From NCBI GenBank assembly GCA_006844585.1, contig SPJM01000340.1:4044-68043 (forward strand): 64,000 bases of DNA, given 5' to 3'. The notes beneath the pieces were generated by a model. It was not told where the DNA came from. It worked only from the letters and a program-made list of their open reading frames with translations, and searched no databases. Made by a program: the position numbers and the translations under genes. The DNA is from Methylococcaceae bacterium (GTDB taxonomy: Bacteria; Pseudomonadota; Gammaproteobacteria; Methylococcales; Methylomonadaceae). This document shows positions 1 through 8,280 of the stretch, piece after piece; the first letter of the stretch is position 1; the number at the start of each line of letters is the position of its first letter.

Positions 1-1
1 G

Positions 2-1453
2 AAGCAAACCCAATTATTATTGAAAGAAATTGAAGAACATAAACAAACCGACCAAAAGCTGCAATTCGCCATTAAAACCGCCGATAATGCCAATACCGCT
101 AAAAGTCGATTTTTACGCAATATGAGTCATGAAATTCGTACGCCATTGAATTGCATCGTCGGCTATTCGCATATCCTGCATAAGGACCCCGCCATCCCAC
201 AACACAGACGTGATGCCATCGACATTTTAATGCGCAGCGGCGAACATCTGTCGACGCTGATAGAAGATATTCTGGACTTAGCCGGCATTGAGGCGGGAAA
301 GTTCGAATTAAATTACCAATCTTTCTCTCCTCACTCGATGCTGGAGCATTTAGTCAATATTTTTAATCCTTTAGCCGAGAAGAAAGGATTGCTGTTTCGC
401 TGCCAAATCGCCACGCAATTACCGGGTAAAGTGCGGGGCGATGAAAAAAGAATCCGCCAAATATTAATTAATTTGCTGAATAACGCCGTCAAATTTACCG
501 CTAACGGGGAGATCACCCTGAAAGTACACTACCGCAGTCAAGTCGCCACATTTGTGGTCAGCGATAGCGGCGAAGGCATCGCCCCGGAGAATCTGGAAAA
601 CATATTTCAGCCTTTTTCCCGGTATAGCCAATCCACCGGTAACGCCACAGAAGGCAGTGGCCTGGGGTTGACCATCAGTAAAACGCTGGCCGAATTAATG
701 GGCGGTGAAATTACCGTGATATCAACCCCTAATGAAGGTTCACAGTTTACTTTTCGATTACTCTTATCCAATAATATTTCCGCCGCCCGAGAAATGAACA
801 CGCATGATGTCATTTCTTATCAGGGACGGCGGAAAAAAGTACTGGTGGTTGACGATCAGCAAGAGCAAATTAATTTGGTTCACTCATTATTGGCGCCCTT
901 AGGCTTTGAGGTGGAAGGCTCTACTTCCGGCGAAAATTGTCTGGAAATCATCGGCGTGGTGAAGCCTGATTTAATTTTGCTGGATTTATCCATGGAAGGC
1001 ATAGGCGGCATTGAAACAGCCGAACAGATTCGTCAGTTGGATTACCCTATGCCCATTCTGGTGCTCAGCGCTAATGCCTACCCCTCCGACTGTGAAGCCG
1101 CTATTGAAGTCGGTTGCAATGACTTTATCACCAAGCCGATACAAATGGCGCGTTTGTTGGAAAAACTTAAATTGCATTTAGGGCTTAATTGGATCTATGA
1201 CAACAAAAACATTTTGCAGTCGCAAACTCACAGCGATACGCCAGAAACCTTGATTGAACCGGGCGCAGATATTTTGGAAACACTATCTGCTTATACCCGC
1301 ATCGGCGATTTGCTGGGTTTAAAAAAGCAATTAAAGGAATTAGAACAAAGCCGCCCCGAATATCACCCTTTTTGTCAGAAACTTAAAACCCTGGCCAACG
1401 AATTCAAAATCGCCGAAATCAAACGCATACTCAATGAAAAAGGAAAAACATGA
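2..1453 (+). CDS. Hybrid sensor histidine kinase/response regulator (HisKA-HATPase-REC), 5'-truncated by the window edge
   Basis: H-box NMSHEIRTPL, N-box QILINLLNNAVKFT, G-boxes DSGEGI and GSGLGLTI, receiver VLVVDD...LILLD...KP. The frame stays open upstream of the TTG at 20 to base 2. Confidence 0.93.
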   Translation, partial: KQTQLLLKEIEEHKQTDQKLQFAIKTADNANTAKSRFLRNMSHEIRTPLNCIVGYSHILHKDPAIPQHRRDAIDILMRSGEHLSTLIEDILDLAGIEAGKFELNYQSFSPHSMLEHLVNIFNPLAEKKGLLFRCQIATQLPGKVRGDEKRIRQILINLLNNAVKFTANGEITLKVHYRSQVATFVVSDSGEGIAPENLENIFQPFSRYSQSTGNATEGSGLGLTISKTLAELMGGEITVISTPNEGSQFTFRLLLSNNISAAREMNTHDVISYQGRRKKVLVVDDQQEQINLVHSLLAPLGFEVEGSTSGENCLEIIGVVKPDLILLDLSMEGIGGIETAEQIRQLDYPMPILVLSANAYPSDCEAAIEVGCNDFITKPIQMARLLEKLKLHLGLNWIYDNKNILQSQTHSDTPETLIEPGADILETLSAYTRIGDLLGLKKQLKELEQSRPEYHPFCQKLKTLANEFKIAEIKRILNEKGKT

Positions 1454-2403
1454 GCAGCCATCCTCATCTTAGCGGTAACGGCACCATTTTGATTGTTGAT
1501 GATACGCCTGGCAATCTGGCGGTGCTGTCCGATATGTTATCCGAAGCAAACTATCGCGTATTAGTCGCCACCGATGGTCAATCCGCCTTGGAACAGATTC
1601 GTTATCTGAAGCCGGATATTATTTTGCTGGATGTGATGATGCCCGGTATTGACGGCTTTGAAACCTGCCATCAATTAAAACAAGATTCTGAAACCAAGGA
1701 TATTCCGATTATTTTTATGACCGGCTTGAGTGAACTGGACAACCTGTTGCGGGGTTTCAGCGAAGGCGCTGTTGATTATATTGTCAAGCCTATACGCCCG
1801 GCTGAAGTCTTAGCCAGAGTCGAAGCGCAATTATCGCAAACCAGAAATTTCAAACGGGTTGAAAACACCTTAAGTCAATTGGCGTTTGCCGCCTTAACTT
1901 TCAATTTAAACGGCGTTATCACCTGGTTAACAGCGCCCGCCACCAAAATTCTTTACGACTTGCAGCCTCAACAAAACAATTCCAGCGAAATTCAATGCGG
2001 CGATTATTTACCGCTGTCTATTCTGTCGCAAGCCACCCCGGTCATTAATCAACTGTCACAAGGCAAACACGCAGCAAACAATGAAATTAAAATCGATGAT
2101 CAATTCATCGGGTTGATTATTCCTTGTCAACAAATTAACGAATATATATTACTGATTCAGAAAAATTCGCAAGATTGGGATAGCGCTTCATTGAAAAAAT
2201 CTTTCGGCTTAACCGTGCGCGAAGCGGAGATATTAATGTGGATTTCCAAAGGCAAAACCAATAAGGAAGTAGGCTTGATCCTGGATACCAGCCCCCGCAC
2301 CGTCAACAAACATTTGGAGCACATCTTTGAAAAACTGGGCGTGCCGACAAGGACTGCGGCTGTGGCTAAAGTGCTTAATCGAACATTAAATACAGAACTG
2401 TGA
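1450..2403 (+). CDS. Response regulator, REC plus C-terminal LuxR-type HTH
   Basis: ILIVDD...ILLDVMMP...KPI receiver; LTVREAEILMWISKGKTNKEVGLILDTSPRTVNKHLEHIFEKLGV LuxR HTH; ATGA overlap with the kinase stop. Confidence 0.93.
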   Translation: MSSHPHLSGNGTILIVDDTPGNLAVLSDMLSEANYRVLVATDGQSALEQIRYLKPDIILLDVMMPGIDGFETCHQLKQDSETKDIPIIFMTGLSELDNLLRGFSEGAVDYIVKPIRPAEVLARVEAQLSQTRNFKRVENTLSQLAFAALTFNLNGVITWLTAPATKILYDLQPQQNNSSEIQCGDYLPLSILSQATPVINQLSQGKHAANNEIKIDDQFIGLIIPCQQINEYILLIQKNSQDWDSASLKKSFGLTVREAEILMWISKGKTNKEVGLILDTSPRTVNKHLEHIFEKLGVPTRTAAVAKVLNRTLNTEL

Positions 2404-2431
2404 ACACGAAAACAAAAGCAATATCCCTTTA

Positions 2432-3013
2432 TTACTTTCTTGGTATTGCAAATTTTTCTATAACAATGATTTGCACCTTAATATTCCACTTTTTAGGAAA
2501 GGCTGTTGTCAGTGTATTCTGAAGCATATCTAAGAAACGCGCCATTTCACTCTTATTTTCTTGTGCTATTGCAGGGTGAAAGGGAGAAACGATAATCCAA
2601 TATTTTTGATTATTAGAACGTTCTGCTAATTGATTACAAAAGTGAATTTTTTGCATTTCGTCAATAATAAGCAGAGTCTGTAAATATTTTTCCCTTAATT
2701 CTTTCAGAACGCTTTGCCGCAGTATTTTATTTACTTTTCGCGTATTTTTTTTGGAAAGATCATGCGTATTACGAAGATCGCGTATCAAATCTAAAATTTC
2801 ATCTTGCTGCCGATATAAATCAGTAAATTCAACCAAAGTTAACGAATCGTTTTCGGCAATATAATCAACAGACCTTAGCTTATCTACGCCTATTGCTTTC
2901 TTTATCCCATTTTCTCCATCCAGCTTATAACCTTTAACTAATAACGAAATCCTAACAGGCGTATCATCTAATTCATGATTCATTTTTTCCCTGTAAGCAT
3001 TCCAAGCCTCCAT
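2432..3013 (-). CDS. Hypothetical protein with PD-(D/E)xK-like motif, partner of the upstream AAA ATPase
   Basis: 194-codon ORF starting 2 nt after the ATPase stop (ATG at 3013, GGGGA upstream); SVDYIAENDSLTLVEFTDL resembles a restriction-endonuclease-fold D...ExK/T site. Confidence 0.65.
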   Translation of the reverse strand: MEAWNAYREKMNHELDDTPVRISLLVKGYKLDGENGIKKAIGVDKLRSVDYIAENDSLTLVEFTDLYRQQDEILDLIRDLRNTHDLSKKNTRKVNKILRQSVLKELREKYLQTLLIIDEMQKIHFCNQLAERSNNQKYWIIVSPFHPAIAQENKSEMARFLDMLQNTLTTAFPKKWNIKVQIIVIEKFAIPRK

Positions 3014-3015
3014 CA

Positions 3016-4422
3016 CTATCCCCAATCAAAATCATTATCCATCATCATTTCATAAAAAGACTCTCCCAAATCCGCTTTAATCCCGGCGATTTGTTGTAAC
3101 GGAAAATCATCATTCTGAATCGATTCGCCTAACAAATTAAGCTGATTAATGCCAAAATGATTCTGCAATTCATCATCTGGTAATGTCTTCATTATATTTT
3201 CAATACACTTCAGCATATCAATGCTATGACTTGCTATCACCACATTAACTCCAGCCTTACTCAGCTCATAAAGGGTATCCGTCATTACTTTTTGCCATGA
3301 TGGGTGCAAGTGCACCTCCGGCTCATCAATAAATAGAAAACTGCCTTTTGATAAAATGCCTTTTTTCAATAAAAGTGAAATGATTCCAAGGTTAGCTACG
3401 CCTAAAGCCGTGTTGTGTAAATTTACTGAAAATTCAGAACCCTTTTCTGAATATGATAATTCACCCGACTTCGAAAGCACTATTTCACCGCCAACTGCCT
3501 TATTCAGGTTTGTATACAATTCGATACTTGGCGCTATTGTTTGTACACTCAAAAGCTCCACTAAATCATAAAAATGCTTAGGAACTCCCGTTAATACATT
3601 ATCCTTATTACCAAGCCGCCTTTGCGCAAACATTTTGCTGCGATATTTTTCATTTTCCAATGCCCGTTTCATCTTCCAATAGACCGGCGACTCCAGATAG
3701 ACGACATTATGCAACAGTTGGATAGCATCAATACTCTCTCTTTCCAAAGAAAAAACCAGGTTTTCTTCTATGATCTCCACCTCGCCAAGTGAATCAAAAT
3801 CAAAATGTATAATTGCCTCTGTTGAATTGAAGTTATGCAATTCACTCAGACTTGAAACCTGAAAATTTTCCTTTAAAGCCATCGTCAAACTATCGCTTAT
3901 CCCCTGCACCATACAATCCGTGGGCGATGATAAAAGCTGATTGAATTTATCAATGTATACCCTCAGATAATCAAAATATTCTGCATTGGAAATATATTTT
4001 TGCTTAGGAGAAACCTCACTCAATAATTCATCAAAACTTTTTTTTAAATCCGCTACAGGCTCTTTGAGCATATGGGACTTCAATAACTGAGTAGAAAACG
4101 TATTTGACCCAAAGGTTTGATCCACATGTTCTTCTAATTCGGTAATTCTTTCCGTAAGTTGTTTAAATAACTGGGTTTCTTTTTTGCTCAAACGGGGCGT
4201 TTGTTCTTCCAAATATTCGGATACAGACTTAAGCTCACGGATATAGTCATAAGCTTTTTGGCTCACATGATCAGTATTAATCATACTAAAAAAGCTATAC
4301 AGCGACTTGGTAATGAAACTTTTTCCGGTTGCATTTTTTCCGGCAATCACAGTAAACGGACGCACTTTGATGGTCGCATCACTGATTTTTCCAAAGTTTT
4401 TTACCTCAATATCAAACCTCAC
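3016..4422 (-). CDS. ABC-type AAA ATPase (AAA_15/AAA_21-like), defence/TA-associated type
   Basis: N-terminal IEVKNFGKI, Walker A GKNATGKS, degenerate signature HNTALGVANL, Walker B FLFIDEPEVHLHP, H-loop IASHS; GTG start with AAGGA RBS. Confidence 0.88.
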   Translation of the reverse strand: MRFDIEVKNFGKISDATIKVRPFTVIAGKNATGKSFITKSLYSFFSMINTDHVSQKAYDYIRELKSVSEYLEEQTPRLSKKETQLFKQLTERITELEEHVDQTFGSNTFSTQLLKSHMLKEPVADLKKSFDELLSEVSPKQKYISNAEYFDYLRVYIDKFNQLLSSPTDCMVQGISDSLTMALKENFQVSSLSELHNFNSTEAIIHFDFDSLGEVEIIEENLVFSLERESIDAIQLLHNVVYLESPVYWKMKRALENEKYRSKMFAQRRLGNKDNVLTGVPKHFYDLVELLSVQTIAPSIELYTNLNKAVGGEIVLSKSGELSYSEKGSEFSVNLHNTALGVANLGIISLLLKKGILSKGSFLFIDEPEVHLHPSWQKVMTDTLYELSKAGVNVVIASHSIDMLKCIENIMKTLPDDELQNHFGINQLNLLGESIQNDDFPLQQIAGIKADLGESFYEMMMDNDFDWG

Positions 4423-4500
4423 GGCTGTTTTTCCTTTAAAATGAAGCTATATAGCAATGATTTTATTATAGTTGAACATCAATATATAGCTCTTTTCAAA

Positions 4501-5916
4501 ATGTATAAAAACAGCACTTTTATTTCCATATTATTGGCTTATTTATCTTATTATAATATTTCGATAGCCGCTGAGGACCAACCTTCAGCTTATCAAGCAA
4601 TCAGAACACAGCTGGAGCAGGAATTTAAACAGGCTTATCCTGAACAAATTATTGCCAACGGCGAAGTAAAAAAACTGGAATTGGTCGCTGCTGAAACGCA
4701 ATGGGGCGTGTTTCCGCCTTATCAAACGAATGTATGGGCTTATAACGGGCAAGTACCGGCGCCGGTCATCCGCATACAGCTTGGCGATACGCTGGAGCTA
4801 AAATTAACGAATCGCCTACCACAGCCAACGACCATTCATTGGCACGGCATACGGGTTCCAAACGCAATGGATGGGGTACCTGGCGTCACTCAACCGAAAA
4901 TAGCCGTCGGCGAATCATTCGTCTATCGTTTTACGCCTAAAGACGCCGGCACTTTTTGGTTTCACCCGCATTTTAATAGCGCCGAACAAATCGAGAGAGG
5001 CCTTTATGGCGTTTTAATCGTGGAAGATAGCAATGAGCCGCAATACTCTCAAGATTTAGTCATGGTGCTGGACGATTGGCTATTAGAGAAAAACGCGCAA
5101 ATTTATGATCAATTCGTTACCCGCCACGATTTGGCTCATGATGGGCGTTGGGGGAACTTGCAAACCGTTAACGGCCGTCACCAACCGGTTATTCCGGTCA
5201 CCCCCGGAGAACGCATTCGCCTAAGGCTGGTCAATGTTGCAAATGGCCGGGTGTTCTCACCGGCTTTTCCTGATTTATCGCCGCAAATTTTCGCTGTTGA
5301 CGGCATGTTGGCGGCGCAACCCTTCCCTTTAAACAACTTTTTGCTTTCCCCCGGAAATCGCATTGACCTTGACATAACCATCCCCAACACTTATGCCGGT
5401 AAAAAACTGGAAATCATCAATACCTTTTCCAGGAAACCGACTCGACTTGCGATTTTACAGGTTGCTAAAAATGCCCCCGTTGAAACGCCTCAGTTCAAAC
5501 CGCCGCAGGCTAAACATTTCCCTAATTGGCTAAAAGCTGCCTATATGCCGGTCACTCAGCACTACGAATTGGATGCCAAGCGAGGCGGCAAATACGGCAT
5601 AAGCTGGACAATTAACGACCAAGCCTGGCCGGACAGTACGACACAAACATTAGAATATGGCCGTTTTACCCGAATTCGATTGAGTAATAAATCCGCCAGA
5701 CTACACCCCATGCACTTGCATGGACAGTTTTTCAGGGTCATAGCCCGTAACGGGGCCGTAGAAAGAGAAAACTTCTGGCGAGATACTGTGCTATTAAAAC
5801 GCCGGGAAACGGTTGATATTGTTTTAATGCCGATAGACAAAGGTTTATGGGCGCATCATTGCCATATTTTAGAACATGCTGAAGCGGGCATGATGAACAT
5901 GATTAAAGTAGAATAA
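4501..5916 (+). CDS. Multicopper oxidase (three cupredoxin domains), probably exported
   Basis: All four Cu motifs present: HWHG, WFHPH, HPMHLHG, HCHILEHAEAGMM. The likely start is ATG 4501 followed by a hydrophobic signal-like segment; the ORF-track start at 4201 overlaps the ATPase. Confidence 0.93.
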   Translation: MYKNSTFISILLAYLSYYNISIAAEDQPSAYQAIRTQLEQEFKQAYPEQIIANGEVKKLELVAAETQWGVFPPYQTNVWAYNGQVPAPVIRIQLGDTLELKLTNRLPQPTTIHWHGIRVPNAMDGVPGVTQPKIAVGESFVYRFTPKDAGTFWFHPHFNSAEQIERGLYGVLIVEDSNEPQYSQDLVMVLDDWLLEKNAQIYDQFVTRHDLAHDGRWGNLQTVNGRHQPVIPVTPGERIRLRLVNVANGRVFSPAFPDLSPQIFAVDGMLAAQPFPLNNFLLSPGNRIDLDITIPNTYAGKKLEIINTFSRKPTRLAILQVAKNAPVETPQFKPPQAKHFPNWLKAAYMPVTQHYELDAKRGGKYGISWTINDQAWPDSTTQTLEYGRFTRIRLSNKSARLHPMHLHGQFFRVIARNGAVERENFWRDTVLLKRRETVDIVLMPIDKGLWAHHCHILEHAEAGMMNMIKVE

Positions 5917-5934
5917 CAAGCATCATATTCCACT

Positions 5935-7833
5935 TCATGAATGCCCCCTTTGCACCCAACTGACACTGATTAATTGGGTGCGTTTATGTGCCGGCAAAGC
6001 GGTAATATTTGAGCAATCCAGGCTGTGAATTTTTATCCCGTTAATATGCGAAATATAGCCGACAATGTCATCACCCGGGGTCGGCTTGCAACAATTCGCC
6101 AGCTTTGTTTCTACATTTTCCAGCCCATCAACCAGCACACTGAAATCGCTATCGTCTTTAGGCGATTCCGCCTTCTTTCGATTAGCCCTTACATCCGCAT
6201 CATTGCTTTTGATCGCCCCGGCGAGTTGCTCCTCTTTAATCTCACCCCGCCCGATAGCAATCAGTAATTGTTCTTCACTGTCTTTTTTAAAAGCTTTTAA
6301 ACTGACATCAAGCAAATTGAAATGACCTGCCAATTGCCCTTCAAGTTTTTCAAAAACTTTTTTTCCAGACAAATAAAAATGATCCTGATGTTGTTGGGCA
6401 ATCCAACTTTTTACTTTATGAATCGCTCTGGCGGTTTTTAGATAGGCTAAATTCGGATCTATCCATTGCGGATTAGGGTGACCTTCCTTTTGTGTTAACA
6501 CCTCAACTTGTTCCCCGGTCTGAAGTTCATAAGTCAACGGCACTATCCGACCGTTAACTTTAGCCCCCCGACAACGATGGCCGACTTCTGTATGCACCGC
6601 ATAAGCAAAGTCCAACGGCGTCGCCCCTTTTTCCATATCGATGAGCTGCCCTTTAGGGGTGAGAACATAAACCCGGTCATAAAATAATTCCGCTTTGAAA
6701 TTATCCAGACTTTGCGTTTCATCCTTATTTTCCAGCAATTGCCGTAGGGAAGCAATGCTATTATCCATGGCATCGCTGTGTTTACCTTGCTCTTTATAGC
6801 GCCAATGAGCCGCCACACCCAACTCGGCAAATTGATGCATATCCTGAGTTCTGATTTGTACTTCAATTCGGTTGCCGTCTTGATCCAATACCACTGTATG
6901 TAATGATTGATATCCGTTGGACTTGGGGTTGGCGATATAATCATCAAATTCTTTTGGAATGTACTGCCATTGTTCGTGCACCACGCCTAATACGGTATAA
7001 CAAGTAATTAATTCACCAACAATAACCCGCACCGCCAACAAATCATACAACTCATCAATCGGTAGCTGTTTTTTCTGCATTTTTTTGGCAATGCTGTATA
7101 GATGTTTAGGTCTACCGGCTACGTCAGCAACGATATTATGCTGAGACAGCAAGTTTTGCAGCTTATCAATAAAGTTGCTGATGCTGACTTCTCGTTGTTG
7201 ACGCGTGGCGTCCAAAGATTTAGCCAGCTTCAGATAATCTTGTGGTTGTAAATACCGAAATGATAAGTCTTCCAGCTCCCACTTTAATTGACTCACGCCT
7301 AAGCGATTGGCGATAGGAGCGAATACATCCAAAGTTTCTTGAGCAATATGGTGACGCAGATCGTAATCTTCACCCGCTAACTGGCGTAAACGCAATACTC
7401 TAAAGGCTAATTTAATGAAAACCGCTCGAACATCCTTCACCAAGGATAATATCATACGCCTTAAGATTTCAGTCTGCCCTGGGATACTGGCGATTTGTTG
7501 GGAATAAATACCCGAATGATTGAGCAACTGCAAATCTTTCAATAAAACAGTCGCCGTTTCCCCGAAAACCGCCTGAAAATCAAAATCAGGAAGCCTATCA
7601 TGGAGTACCGGGTCGGCCAAAATTGTCGCTAAAATTGTTTCCGCATCGACGCGATATTCCAAAATAAAAGCAGCAACATCTATTCCTCTTGGCCGATGAT
7701 CCAATATGTCTTTTTCGTATTGCGATACCAATTGAATTGCTTCTTCAATTTGCGCTTGTTGTCGGCTCATTAAACCTGTGCAAAATTCGCTAATTAGCTG
7801 TTCTGGACTTTTCATGTTAAAAGCGACGCCCAT
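5935..7833 (-). CDS. relA: RelA-type (p)ppGpp synthetase lacking the C-terminal ACT domain
   Basis: Degenerate HD region; synthetase motifs GRPKHLYSI, DYIANPKSNGYQSLHT, EVQIRT, AAHWRYKE; TGS domain TPLDFAYAVHTEVGHRCRGAKVNG; Zn-finger ANCCKPTPGDDIVGY, then stop. Confidence 0.9.
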   Translation of the reverse strand: MGVAFNMKSPEQLISEFCTGLMSRQQAQIEEAIQLVSQYEKDILDHRPRGIDVAAFILEYRVDAETILATILADPVLHDRLPDFDFQAVFGETATVLLKDLQLLNHSGIYSQQIASIPGQTEILRRMILSLVKDVRAVFIKLAFRVLRLRQLAGEDYDLRHHIAQETLDVFAPIANRLGVSQLKWELEDLSFRYLQPQDYLKLAKSLDATRQQREVSISNFIDKLQNLLSQHNIVADVAGRPKHLYSIAKKMQKKQLPIDELYDLLAVRVIVGELITCYTVLGVVHEQWQYIPKEFDDYIANPKSNGYQSLHTVVLDQDGNRIEVQIRTQDMHQFAELGVAAHWRYKEQGKHSDAMDNSIASLRQLLENKDETQSLDNFKAELFYDRVYVLTPKGQLIDMEKGATPLDFAYAVHTEVGHRCRGAKVNGRIVPLTYELQTGEQVEVLTQKEGHPNPQWIDPNLAYLKTARAIHKVKSWIAQQHQDHFYLSGKKVFEKLEGQLAGHFNLLDVSLKAFKKDSEEQLLIAIGRGEIKEEQLAGAIKSNDADVRANRKKAESPKDDSDFSVLVDGLENVETKLANCCKPTPGDDIVGYISHINGIKIHSLDCSNITALPAHKRTQLISVSWVQRGHS

Positions 7834-8204
7834 CCTTTCTTATCAATACCGGAAGTATAGTTGGGATAATGGAAAACCCCAGAAAAAACCGAATGAGAAT
7901 TATTTAGATTTAAATAAGAGCTTATTGTACCTTTTTTAAGCTAAATAGTCATAGCAATCTTATCGCCTATAATGATAAACCGGGCAAAGCGAAAATAAAA
8001 GAACTATGAAATGGGAAGCAATAAAACCACTAACTCGCAAAATAAGCCGCAAAAACACAAAATATCTCTTCGGTAAATTTAGCAATTTCTCTGCTTCCAT
8101 TATACTCAACATCCTTATCAAGTTACGGAACGTGTAAGCTCGGTAATCGACACAGTTGATTTTTTGCCTTCAACGCCATAAAGGTATTTGCTATTCGACA
8201 ATCA

Positions 8205-8241
8205 GCGTCTCGCTTTAAGCGACGCTCGCACATCCTTGTGC
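8205..8241. repeat. REP-like twin hairpin downstream of ppiD
   Basis: gcgtc(tc)gc-tttaa-gcgacgc followed by gcaca-tcct-tgtgc. Confidence 0.4.
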
Positions 8242-8280
8242 TTGGAAACTATTTGTACAACATCAAAGACGAATAAAAGC

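Noticed and set aside
4201-4500. Long N-terminal extension of the multicopper oxidase; similar extensions for the ORFs at 46961, 10754, 46413 and 44276
   Set aside because: They overlap neighbouring genes or lack an RBS; downstream ATGs give family-typical N-termini.
7960-8100. A 46-codon hydrophobic minus-strand ORF (MEAEKLLNLP...)
   Set aside because: No RBS or recognisable homology in AT-rich DNA; insufficient support.
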